64,000 nucleotides of DNA from Epithemia pelagica (taxonomy: Eukaryota; Protista; Bacillariophyta), in assembly GCA_946965045.2 (NCBI GenBank), contig OX337228.1, positions 2,418,001 through 2,482,000 on the forward strand. The letters are read 5' to 3'. The notes under the pieces were generated by a model that saw only the letters and a list, made by a program, of their open reading frames with translations, searched no databases and was not told the origin of the DNA. Each line of letters begins with the position of its first letter. Within the stretch, counting starts at the first letter, position 1. The translations under genes and the position numbers were made by a program. Below are positions 12,701-21,873 of this stretch, one piece after another.

Positions 12701-13732
12701 GACTGCCGGTACACCATGATGAGAGTGCAACAGATCCAACGATGAGTGAGCATCGCGTTCCAATCGAAGTGGATAAAACCTACTCCATGCAAAATCTGTT
12801 GCAAACAATTGGCCACAGGTGTTCTTGCGAGAGGATGGCTTTGGTCCAAATAGAGTGTCTGTGTACATCGTGCATCGTAAATGGCGGTAACGGAGCTGAT
12901 GGTAACTGTGCTTGAGTCTCCTGGTACCACTTGATGATGAATAATCCCGGACAGCTCGTTGCGCTGAGTGTTCAATCGTCAGTTTGGCAGTTTCTAGACC
13001 AATTCCCCATTTCCTTGCTAGTGCTTCTGGTGAGACAGTCCCCTTTCGTCGGCTTCCCCGCAATGACGCTATCATTCGGGCGACAAAGATATCTTCTTCA
13101 TAACTACTTGATTCCCTGTTGATCACAGTCTCCGTCAGGTTAATATTTCGATCAGTCCTTGTGGGAGTGATGTCATTCACTGAACTTTCACGGATTGTGG
13201 TTTCCACCATTTCATATTGATTTTCTTCAGGGTTGTACTCGGGGGACTCGTAGGTCATTTCATATTGGGGGAAACGGTCAGGATCATTGATTTCTTCTAT
13301 TGTGGGTTTCCGGACAGTGAATCCACTGATCACACCCCTCAAGCTCAATGGAATCATGAGAGGGTCCTGGCCTGCACGCTGACTTGGGATAACTATAGCA
13401 TGTAATTGAGGATCCATACGCTTTGCAAATGCCAAGGGTAAGTCATTCACGATGATGTCGTTGAGCCTCATCTGAAACGGACATAGTAGGTGTGTTGTAA
13501 GGTTCTTGATGTATAGGGCTTGATGAAAGATAAGAATCACAGTGCGGTATGAGGCAAGGTCATTGAAGGCAACTGCCATGCTACAAATTGGGATATTCCG
13601 CTCGGATCCCAGTTTCTTGGAGAAACCTGTTACAGTGCAGGTTTTCGAGAGGTCTTGACTCAGAACCATGGCCTGGTCCCCAAAGCAACAGGTATCAGCA
13701 TGGCTATCTAACTCGCACCGTGTCTCTTCCAT
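9755..13732 (-). CDS. pol: Outer-element Pol: protease, integrase, chromo-like domain, RT, RNase H; frame is open up to the gag stop at 13766-13768
   Basis: ELDSHADTCC (protease), YTDTLF...PDNA...QNKAE (integrase D-D-E), KARFVADG/DVAAAYL/KALYGLK/YTDD (copia RT), HVDSDHAG/ETSTFGSEF/HADMLTK (RNase H). Confidence 0.95.
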   Translation of the reverse strand: MEETRCELDSHADTCCFGDQAMVLSQDLSKTCTVTGFSKKLGSERNIPICSMAVAFNDLASYRTVILIFHQALYIKNLTTHLLCPFQMRLNDIIVNDLPLAFAKRMDPQLHAIVIPSQRAGQDPLMIPLSLRGVISGFTVRKPTIEEINDPDRFPQYEMTYESPEYNPEENQYEMVETTIRESSVNDITPTRTDRNINLTETVINRESSSYEEDIFVARMIASLRGSRRKGTVSPEALARKWGIGLETAKLTIEHSAQRAVRDYSSSSGTRRLKHSYHQLRYRHLRCTMYTDTLFGPKPSSRKNTCGQLFATDFAWSRFYPLRLERDAHSSLDLLHSHHGVPAVYTPDNAMALTGQEFSKKARQAGAIIHPIEAHTPNQNKAEANAREIKRMYRKAMRTSSAPLIYWDRCFELQCLIRSHTALSLPSLEGMSPEEKMTGDTPDISSLVEFGWWERVWYIEPTDAHERRHLGRWLGPSTTVGSAIASWVLTKKAQEIVRSSVFPLSQEDLQNPETQKKLKEYDEALKEKLRDRVNPIPDEEADDVPTYEPYQDDSTEPPEPIPEADNFGHEAYDKFISARVLLPAGDGMMQAIVRGRKRNEDGELIGKSHPNPILDTGLYEVVFQDGRVDTYAANVIAESIYEQIDEEGKAIAIMDEIVDHKKDATAISHENRFFEHNGRKYARWTTKGWSLCIKWKDGSTSWGKLRDMKESYPLQVAEYAEANQLLQEPAFAWWAPKSLRIRRRIIKVARARHSRYHKRNEKFGLELPKTVKRALEIDKETGTEFWRKALIKEMGNIEPCIDLIAEGQQPPPGYLEIRTNIVFDIKMDFMRKARFVADGSTTEVPSEHTFASVVSRDSVRIALLYAALNDLDILSADVAAAYLNAPCGEKVYFRCGPEFGNLEGQYAILTKALYGLKTSAAAWRNQLAQVLEQEMDFVACKADPNVWMRVGTKEATKEQFYEYLLVYTDDILVVLDKPKGVLTQLDQHFLLKRDSIKEPDLYLGSQVSKHRFGDDPSRVYWSLGSDKYIKDAVRQVKEWLKDRNGVLKSKAPSVFPSGYRPELDASDYCTEEDASFYHSHIGILRWAVELGRIDITTEVSMLAAFLAAPRVGHLHALLHIYAYLNTHERSKIVLDAREFEHPAAQEFDWTSYYPEVRELIPPNAPVPLGKPVQTTCHVDSDHAGDVVTRRSRTGILLYVNRAPILWYSKKQTSVETSTFGSEFVALKTATELIKGLRYKLRMMGIPILDGTHVLVDNQLVVLNTSRPDSTLKKKSNSIAYHYVRESVAAKEIWIAFQRSEDNHADMLTKTQVGPERKRLAQKVLY

Positions 13733-13765
13733 TATGGCCTGAGTAGAATTGATCTGGCGTGTTGG

Positions 13766-15088
13766 TCAGACGCGATGGCGGCCATCTCGGGCAGTAGCCA
13801 CCGAAGCAGTGTCACGTGAGGTCGGGTTATTCGTATTTTCAGTACGCTGCGAAACATTACGAGTCGAATTGCCATTGTCAGCATTACTGTCGTGTCGAGT
13901 GCCTGAATCTTCTGCATTCCCCGTCGCTGCAAAGTGCACGTTTCTTCGCCCATTACCGCCACTTTGGTTTCCTTGTGCTGCTCTATTTTGACGCATATTA
14001 CGAAGTCGCGTACGTTGTTCCTCTGTCATTCTGTTCCACCAGTCATGATCAGTATAGTACCGATCCAAGACAATTTCATCGTCCCGAAACATTTGTGAGC
14101 TTCCTCGTCCACGTCCACCTCTACCGCGTCCCCTACCGCGGCCACCACCACCGCGACCGGTCCCTCTACCTTGGTTGTTGGTGTGATTGTTGTTGCTCCG
14201 ATTGAAAGCACGTGATGATCCGGAATTGGATACGTTTCTGCGCGCAGGGTTATTGAAGCTTGCCATTTCACCCAACATCTCAGCTACCATGTCCATTGAG
14301 TCTGCGAGGTTAGTGCGGAGCGTCCGTGTTGCACGAATTGTTCCCTTCACTGCTTCGCATCTAGGGTCTGTTAGCCCCTTCATGAATACTCTCATTTTTC
14401 TTTCTTCTGTTACGGTCTCATTGGTATCTTCTATATCGTTGAATGCTTTGATTAGTGTCTCGCAGTAATTTTCAAACGTGAAAGTTCGCGATCGGCCGTC
14501 AAAGAATGCATTCTCTAGGACTTGATCTGCTTGAGCACGGATCCGTGAGGCATATGCTTCGCCAAAGTAATGGCCCTTCAATGCAATATATGCGTCACGA
14601 CCATTGCTCGATCGGGCGTATTTGCTTACCCAGCTCCAACCGGGCCCACCGTGTGTCACATGGCGGATAATTCCCCAAACCGTGATGTTGTCTGCCTGAT
14701 ATGCTGCTGCCGTGTGGCTACCTCTACGGATCATTTCGGTTGTCAGATCGGGCTGCCGATATCCCGGGTCATCTGCTGCAGCTGGCAATGCAACATTGTC
14801 CCTCACCACATACATTAGGGGCAATCGGCTTTGGCCCAATTTCCGCGTTAAATGATTGTCAAGGTCCTCAATCACTGAGCGTACGTGTTTCACGTCCGTG
14901 AGCTTTGGTGGTAGTTCAAGCTCTTCATCATTTGCCGACTCTTCTTTTTCTTTCATACTCCATGCCTGGATTAGGCGATTCAGATCAGCCCTGTTGGATT
15001 CGAAGGGTCGCTGGATCCGGCCCAAGTGGTGTATATAAAAATTCAGCATCTTGAGGCGTTTCTCGGTTACGAAGCTGAGTTGGACCCC
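13766..15088 (-). pseudogene. gag: Outer-element Gag, C-terminal part, interrupted by the nested element
   Basis: Removing 15089-23472 and one ACCCC copy rejoins ...NNPG-VQLSFVTEKRLKML... in frame, giving a 517-aa Gag with an RGG-rich C-terminus. Confidence 0.9.
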
Positions 15089-15871
15089 TGTTACAATTCT
15101 TTCTGAATCGTAGGGACATTGATGCTCGGTAGAGCAGACAATCAGGTAGGTCACCAACCGATACAAGCTTCTCAGGGTCAGAGAAGCAAGCAAGTCGAAG
15201 TCTATCAGAAGGATAGTCGGGACACAAAAGAGGATGTGATAAATGGTGATATTGTTAGATTGTGTGTTGATTACTACGATAGGTCTACGTGAAATGTTCG
15301 GTCCTGCCAAGGGTCATGTGTCATAGGTTCTTGGCGGCAACAGGTTTGGAATAGTTGGAGTTGATTCATGTGATGTATATGACATGTATATGTGGGCGGA
15401 TAACATATACAGGGTCAACAGCTCTTGCTTTGGGTTGGCATAGTTGTTTTCATGGCGCGCAGCTTGTTGACAATTTGGAGATTGTGGGAATGGAAATATG
15501 GTCTCGCGTGATCGTGTGTCGTGCTTGGGATACTTAGACCGTTGGATCGGATAGATGCCGATAGCGCTCGGATGTCGCTTGGGCGCGCTCGATGATTTCG
15601 GGCGCGTACGCTTAGGGCGTTAGTATAATGTCCGAGCAACGGCCAAATTTATGTCCGTTGTAATACCGCACGACCCAGTTTAGTCTTGAGAGTGAGTTCG
15701 TCAATCTATTCTCACTTTTCATGATTTGCGAAGAAATATAGGTCGATATAGCGCGAAGCTAGGAAACATAGCTCGAAGCTAGAGGGCATGATGCGATAGC
15801 ACGAGGCTATGTGACATGGGGAATCGATGAGATGTAGAATCTAACCACCATAGACGGTGAGAATTCTAACA
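15089..15871 (-). repeat. 3' LTR of the inner element (783 bp)
   Basis: TGTTACAA...TTCTAACA; no differences seen versus 22690-23472. Preceded on the minus strand by the purine tract GTGGGGAG. Confidence 0.96.
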
Positions 15872-18800
15872 CTCCCCACAACTCGTCGTTTCAGCCTTGT
15901 CATCATTGGATTTGTTGAGATCTTGAACTTCTCCTTTCCAAAACAACAATGGCTTGAGCATGGGCCAAATAGATACGAAATCCCAATGTTTGCTAAGGAT
16001 ATCGGCAGGGTTGGTCTTTCCATCTTTCCAGTAGAATGCAACATACTTTGCTGCGATGGCTTCACGAACTCGGTGGTATGACAGAAGATGGTGTCTCTTG
16101 GATAGTATGGAGTGAGGAACGGTTGCATTGAGCACAACAGATCTGTTATCTCCGTACAAGTAACTTCGCTCTCGGATAGGTACTCCAAGGTAGCGGAGAG
16201 AATGTCGTAATTCTGTAATCTGATCTATTGCTGTCCTTGCAGCCACAAACTCGGATCCATAGGTAGCAGTTTCCACCGTGCTCTGTCTCTTGCTGTACCA
16301 GTCAATAGGTGTTCCGTTCAACAAATGTAGAACAGCAGTGACGGATTTACCAGTGACTATGTCATGCATGAGATTGGCATCAACATAATGAGTTGTGGTA
16401 ACATAGCGGCCAAGAGGTGTTGGGCAGTCTTCAGGAATACGTTCACTTGCATTCGAATAGACAGTGCGAGTCCAATCAAATTCTTGGGTAGGAAGACTTG
16501 AATAATCAGGCTCTCCAATCCTAAATCTGATTGCGCCTTCTGGGAGATGTGCAAGGTATCCATAGATACGCTTGGCTCTATCAAGATGTCCTTTCCTCGG
16601 AGCAGCACGAAAGCGTGATAGCGTCATTGTAGCGGTGAAGACGTCGAAACGACCAATAGTGATCACCCATTGGAGTTGTCCAATCAGAGTTTGGAAATGG
16701 CTAGTACCTTCTTCATCAAGGAGCTCAGAATCATCCAATTCAGGATGGTCTCCACCAATAAGAGGTGTTTTGGCTTTCTTGGGTTTCTCCTTGAAGATTC
16801 GTTCGAAAGTGTCCATCATCTTACCAATGTAGCGTCTTGGATCTGCTACGAATGTTCCATCAGAATCCTTGGTGTAACAACATCCCAAATGGAAATCAAT
16901 AGGTCCATCTCCTTTGAGTTTGAAGTTGTATTTCTCCTTCAGGATCTTGCAGATATTCCCAGGATCAGTAGAAATAATGGCTAAGTCATCAACGTATACG
17001 GCAATGTATTCGTAACAGTCTTCTCCAGGTGCTTTCCTCATCCAGATATCCGGATCTGCTTTGCTTGGTGAAAATCCCATGTCTGTCAAAACATCGAATA
17101 AGACATCATGCCAGCGTGCGCCTGATGACTTCAATCCATAAAGTGCCTTGTATATAATCAGGATGTGACCTTCTAATTCCTTGAATTCAGGTCCTGCGAC
17201 AATGAAAATTTTCTCCCCTGTCAAGGCTTCCAGATATGCATTTCCAATATCTGCTCCCCATATTTCCAAGTCATTCAAAGTACCCAGGAATAAGGCAATG
17301 CGGAGGTTGCGAATGGAAACAACACCTGAATAGATTGTCTCAACAGGTTCTTTTGTGAGATGTCCATCTGCGACAAGTCTTGCTTTATGTCGTCCATCAT
17401 GTTTTACGTCAAAGACAAGATGCACACGTATCTTATGATATCCTTCAGGTGCATTGGATACTTTCCCTTTAATGAAGATGGCTTTCCCAAAATCCTTGAA
17501 TGTCTTGTAGGACTGGATCTGTGACAATTCTAATTCTGTTGCATCCTGCCACTTTGTGTTGCCATGTTGTTTATCAAGAGCAACAGCTTCCTCATAATTG
17601 CGTGGTACTTGAAATCCAAACTTATACTTGACAGAATGGTGAACTTGTTTAATCCTTGACTGTTTGGCTGCTCGAATGAGACGTTTGCTTGTTTTGACAT
17701 AACGTTTCAAATGCTTCCATCCAGGTTCGTTGAGTAAACCATGTTTCTTTCCATAAATTGCTACAGTGATCGGATCATCATTGGCGATGAGTGATAAAGG
17801 TTCATAGGTAGTCTCCCCAGTTTCCCAATCAACAAGCAAATTATATTTGCTCCCCTTGTAATCTGGATCAGTTGTGTTCAGTGGGCCTTGATGGGCAATG
17901 ACATCCCTGAACCTGAAAAGATTATCTCCAGAGGTTTGAGCTTGGTTATCTCGTTCGATATACTCCATGAGTTGATTATAGGATATCATCTCATCAACAT
18001 CAGAATTTGTCTTTCGGTAAATGTACTTGACACGTTCTTCCTGTTTCGTTGCTTCTTCATTAAGATCAATGACTCGTTTGATGACACGTGCACGGTGTCG
18101 CTCCCCATTTTCTTCTGTGTCGCATAGGAATGTGCGTCCTATCATGTCGTCAAAATCGATCGTGGGCATTGGTTTGGATGGATCTTCACTATCACTGCGA
18201 ATGAAGACAGTGTCAGCTTGCTTATCATTGTCATCCTTCTCAGACGAATCCTCCCCTGAAGGTCGATCCACACGTAGGTTAGGTGTAGTGGAGTCAACAC
18301 GGCGAACGGCAGAACGATAGATTATCTGGTTATCCTGGGTGAGAATTTTCCAAGTAAAAGAATCACCAACGTTGTGAGCAAAACCAACCCAGTGGCCAAG
18401 TTTCTCATCAGAAGAAGATGGATATGAACCGGAATTGGGTTCAGCGGGGTCGACACGGTAGTAAACCTCATCCCAGAAAGGAAAGAACAAGAGATGGGTA
18501 ATGTCGGGTGGGCGACCGGAGAGAGCCTCAAGAGGAGTGCGACCGGAGTGGGTGGGTGATGACGTATGGTTCAATAAGTCACAGACATACTCAAGGCAAA
18601 GAAGCCAGGTGTTGGCAGGGCAACCAGTGGCATTCATGAGAGCGTTGGTCATACGTTTAACGGTCTGATAACGGTTTTCAGCCTTATTCTGGTGTTGATG
18701 ATAAGGTTCAGATCGATACTCCCCAATAAGCAAAGTGCGAAGAATGTCTTTGACCTTTTGAGAGATGAGAGATGAACCACCATCACTGATAAGGGTCTCC

Positions 18801-21553
18801 ATGGCACCACGAAACCGGATGTTATCCTGGAGAGTATTGACAAACTGTTTGGTCGACTTGATCCCATAGATATCAGTAACCAGAGTATCTCGACCAACAA
18901 AGATTTGTGCGACTTTACCGCCATGGTCAACAGCAGGGGTGTCGGAGAAAACCGAGTCAGTAGCAACGGGTTCATGACGTCGAGGTATATTAAGGACCGG
19001 ATTGCGAGCCTTGAAATGTTTCTTGAGGGTGTCGTGGTCAAAAGTAATGCTACCATTACGTGTAGTGTGCTTGAACGTATCGGCAATAACATCTTCAGAT
19101 TGCCAACCAAAGAATGGACGGAACTTCTTCCAGTCATACGCTTCCTGGTAACGACGGTGGACAGAGGCATGAAGTGTAGGATCATTACCTTCTGCGTCAG
19201 CATAGATAGAAAAGAAGGGTGCGTCGTCAGGTCCATGATCATATGGGAGATCCAAAAGGAGATTGAGGTTACAAACAACACGATCAGTGTACTCCCCATA
19301 GTTGTCATATGGATGGTTCGACATACTACCATCAGTCTTGACGTGTTTCCAATCAGGATCATTGTCAGAGGGTGTGGGAGAATACGAATGGTCCAGAACA
19401 CCAGGATCCCATGTGTCGGGTGACGTGAAGATGATCTGAGGTAAGGTATCCATGTCATCGTCGCTGGGGATACCCAAGGAGTGGATGTAGGCTAACCCAT
19501 CCTTGATGTGAAGGGGTATGGCACGACCATCAAGTGTAGTGATGCGTTGTTTACCATCAACTTTAACAGATCGTTCATCAACAGCAAGTCCGAAATGCTC
19601 GAATTGACCAGGAGCATGGATAGATAAGCCCTTCCCATAATAAGCATATTCATTGAAGATGCCGACAATAGGTCCATCATTGGTCTCAAACTTTGCGGCA
19701 CATGTGACGACAGGAAGCCCAGTAAGTTCATGGTTATCAATACCCACAATAGTGATATGACGGCCAGTCTTAGAAAGGATGCGCATGTCAGAACCAGCAA
19801 GTCCTCCATTAGCACCACGGTCAATCAATTGATTCCCTGGTAAAGTAGATTTCCTGGAAAACAGATAGCGTGGGACATGTCCTGCTTGTTTATGCATGTT
19901 GGCTTTGAAAGTAACCTTCTTGCTTGTCTTGGACTTGGCGTTAGAAAGAACACTAGTCAGGTCAGTTGCCGGGTGATTGATATCAGTCGTCATGGCTTGG
20001 TTGATAAATTGTGTAACCGGATCTGAATCATCTGAATGCTCAGGGACTACGCCAGGTGAGTCGTCATCAGATGCAACTTGGTTGGGGTCAGGATCAGGTT
20101 CCGGATCAATGTCGAGGGCATGTGTTTGCACTGTCCTCGGTGTTGTTGATGAAGGTGCTTGAATCATCTTGTTATACTCAATGATCAACTTGCGATCTTC
20201 TTCAGAAAGTTTGAACCATAGGTCACGCGGTAGACTAACCTTGGACGAAGAGGATGGAGATTCAGATGTCGCTTTGGTGTTGTGGACATGATACTCCATA
20301 TCATCTTGTGAGGTTATGTCAGCATCTGTATCTTGGCCATATAGTGATTCATGTTGTTTGACATGTCGACGGCGACTATGAACAGATGACTGGGTTGCTT
20401 GATCATGGTCATAAGCTGCGTCTAGAAGGAGACGGAAGTATGATTGATAGCAAAGGGATTTTGCACCGGATTTGGTGTTCACCACATTATCCAAGATCTT
20501 GACTCGGCGGAGATCAGGTACCTTTTCTACAGCTTGCATGAGGAAGGTCATCCTGGTATGATCAGGGATGCGATCAGACAATGTCACTAAATTGTCTAGC
20601 AAACGTAGCTGCTCTTGAAAGTGTAGAAGAAATTGACGTGTTGTTCCGCGCCATGTGTCGTCAAGACGTAGATTGGAAATGTAGTTGGTTAAGCGGAGGA
20701 CTTCTCGCTTTGCTAGGTCGGATTTGGTATGCAAAGAGTGTAACTTCTGCAATACGGCACGCGCATCTTCATCATGTTCATGTTCACGTACATAGGCTCG
20801 ACCTTGGTCAGTCTGAATGATACGGACAAGAACGGAGTAAAGAAATACTTGTTGCTCTTGAAAAAGTTCTTCGGCATACTCATCATCATGGGGTGGTGTG
20901 TATTTGAAATTCAGGACGTTGGATAGGCCTTGAGCCTTAGCTGTAGTCTTGAATACACGCCAGAATGAATCGTAGTATCGTTCATCCTTGAATACCTCGT
21001 ATGCAGTTGCGTCGCGCTTAGTTCCCTTTCTGAATGCTGTAAGGTCTTGTTGAGATTGGGATGCGGCAGTAACTGTGCTGACAGATTTCACAGATGACGG
21101 TGACTTCATTGGCGAGACTGGGACTTGACTAGGTGGTCCCTTAGAGAAATCTGTGTTGATCCTCCAAGTGTTGAACTCTTTCCTCGTTAGGTTCATCCAG
21201 TCGCTATTGGATAGCTCGTCTTGAATTTCATTGGTCTTGTATGTGGCCCAATAAGCCAAGAGCTTGATCTGCTGTCTTGTGGGGCCTTGTAGATCATGTG
21301 TCTGTTTGTTGACCTTGTATTGTGTCAGTTCCTTCATGGATTCCTCGGTATTAGTTTGCATATACGAGATAACATGGGTAATGTTCTCAAAACCATGGTA
21401 TTTCATCCACTTCATTAAGTAGTCGGCCCTTTCTTTGGTGAAGAATTGGCAGACAGTAAATATGATGTGGTCGAATAGGTCTGTGTCCGAGACATTGTCT
21501 TGGTTATCTTCTCCCTTAGGAGTCGTAGGTGTCTTGGGTGATTGAGGATCCAT
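15866..21553 (-). CDS. Inner-element Gag-Pol polyprotein (1895 aa), single ORF ending inside the 3' LTR
   Basis: Gag core (YDSFWRVFKTTAKAQGL), protease LIDRGANGG, integrase VATDSVF...ISDG...QNKAE, RT HKARLVADG/DIGNAYL/KALYGLK/YVDDL, RNase H YVDANL/ETATYGSEF/NPADILSK. Confidence 0.96.
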   Translation of the reverse strand: MDPQSPKTPTTPKGEDNQDNVSDTDLFDHIIFTVCQFFTKERADYLMKWMKYHGFENITHVISYMQTNTEESMKELTQYKVNKQTHDLQGPTRQQIKLLAYWATYKTNEIQDELSNSDWMNLTRKEFNTWRINTDFSKGPPSQVPVSPMKSPSSVKSVSTVTAASQSQQDLTAFRKGTKRDATAYEVFKDERYYDSFWRVFKTTAKAQGLSNVLNFKYTPPHDDEYAEELFQEQQVFLYSVLVRIIQTDQGRAYVREHEHDEDARAVLQKLHSLHTKSDLAKREVLRLTNYISNLRLDDTWRGTTRQFLLHFQEQLRLLDNLVTLSDRIPDHTRMTFLMQAVEKVPDLRRVKILDNVVNTKSGAKSLCYQSYFRLLLDAAYDHDQATQSSVHSRRRHVKQHESLYGQDTDADITSQDDMEYHVHNTKATSESPSSSSKVSLPRDLWFKLSEEDRKLIIEYNKMIQAPSSTTPRTVQTHALDIDPEPDPDPNQVASDDDSPGVVPEHSDDSDPVTQFINQAMTTDINHPATDLTSVLSNAKSKTSKKVTFKANMHKQAGHVPRYLFSRKSTLPGNQLIDRGANGGLAGSDMRILSKTGRHITIVGIDNHELTGLPVVTCAAKFETNDGPIVGIFNEYAYYGKGLSIHAPGQFEHFGLAVDERSVKVDGKQRITTLDGRAIPLHIKDGLAYIHSLGIPSDDDMDTLPQIIFTSPDTWDPGVLDHSYSPTPSDNDPDWKHVKTDGSMSNHPYDNYGEYTDRVVCNLNLLLDLPYDHGPDDAPFFSIYADAEGNDPTLHASVHRRYQEAYDWKKFRPFFGWQSEDVIADTFKHTTRNGSITFDHDTLKKHFKARNPVLNIPRRHEPVATDSVFSDTPAVDHGGKVAQIFVGRDTLVTDIYGIKSTKQFVNTLQDNIRFRGAMETLISDGGSSLISQKVKDILRTLLIGEYRSEPYHQHQNKAENRYQTVKRMTNALMNATGCPANTWLLCLEYVCDLLNHTSSPTHSGRTPLEALSGRPPDITHLLFFPFWDEVYYRVDPAEPNSGSYPSSSDEKLGHWVGFAHNVGDSFTWKILTQDNQIIYRSAVRRVDSTTPNLRVDRPSGEDSSEKDDNDKQADTVFIRSDSEDPSKPMPTIDFDDMIGRTFLCDTEENGERHRARVIKRVIDLNEEATKQEERVKYIYRKTNSDVDEMISYNQLMEYIERDNQAQTSGDNLFRFRDVIAHQGPLNTTDPDYKGSKYNLLVDWETGETTYEPLSLIANDDPITVAIYGKKHGLLNEPGWKHLKRYVKTSKRLIRAAKQSRIKQVHHSVKYKFGFQVPRNYEEAVALDKQHGNTKWQDATELELSQIQSYKTFKDFGKAIFIKGKVSNAPEGYHKIRVHLVFDVKHDGRHKARLVADGHLTKEPVETIYSGVVSIRNLRIALFLGTLNDLEIWGADIGNAYLEALTGEKIFIVAGPEFKELEGHILIIYKALYGLKSSGARWHDVLFDVLTDMGFSPSKADPDIWMRKAPGEDCYEYIAVYVDDLAIISTDPGNICKILKEKYNFKLKGDGPIDFHLGCCYTKDSDGTFVADPRRYIGKMMDTFERIFKEKPKKAKTPLIGGDHPELDDSELLDEEGTSHFQTLIGQLQWVITIGRFDVFTATMTLSRFRAAPRKGHLDRAKRIYGYLAHLPEGAIRFRIGEPDYSSLPTQEFDWTRTVYSNASERIPEDCPTPLGRYVTTTHYVDANLMHDIVTGKSVTAVLHLLNGTPIDWYSKRQSTVETATYGSEFVAARTAIDQITELRHSLRYLGVPIRERSYLYGDNRSVVLNATVPHSILSKRHHLLSYHRVREAIAAKYVAFYWKDGKTNPADILSKHWDFVSIWPMLKPLLFWKGEVQDLNKSNDDKAETTSCGEC

Positions 21554-21873
21554 GGTGTTATTTGGTTGGTTCGATGTTTATTTAATGTGCGGTGTGATGT
21601 GGTTTATTTAATGTGTGATGTGATGTGAACCCGGATGTACCACGTGTGCCACGTATGTACCACGTATGTGATACCCGGATGTGTGTTGTGATGTGCGACT
21701 CCTGGAAATTTCCGTTGATTTCGACAAATTTTCGCCGAGTTTCAACAAATTTTCGCCGAATTTTCGCGATTTGACGGGAATGTGTGGCGTGTTGTGCGAC
21801 CAAGGGTACCCGGATGTGCGTTGAGTTTAAGTCTTGGAAAGGTTTTGAGAGGACGGGAGTTAACTATGAGTAA
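21554..21873 (-). promoter_or_regulatory. Repeat-rich spacer between the extra ORF and gag-pol; possible internal promoter or translation element
   Basis: ACCCGGATGT x3 (21629, 21673, 21808), CCACGT x3 (21640, 21649, 21660), AAATTTTCGCCGA x2 (21726, 21747), GTTTATTTAATGTG x2 (21576, 21602). The function is inferred. Confidence 0.45.

Noticed and set aside
15355-15639. Short ORFs duplicated in both inner LTRs (60 and 74 aa)
   Set aside because: They recur only because the LTRs are identical; there are no coding hallmarks.
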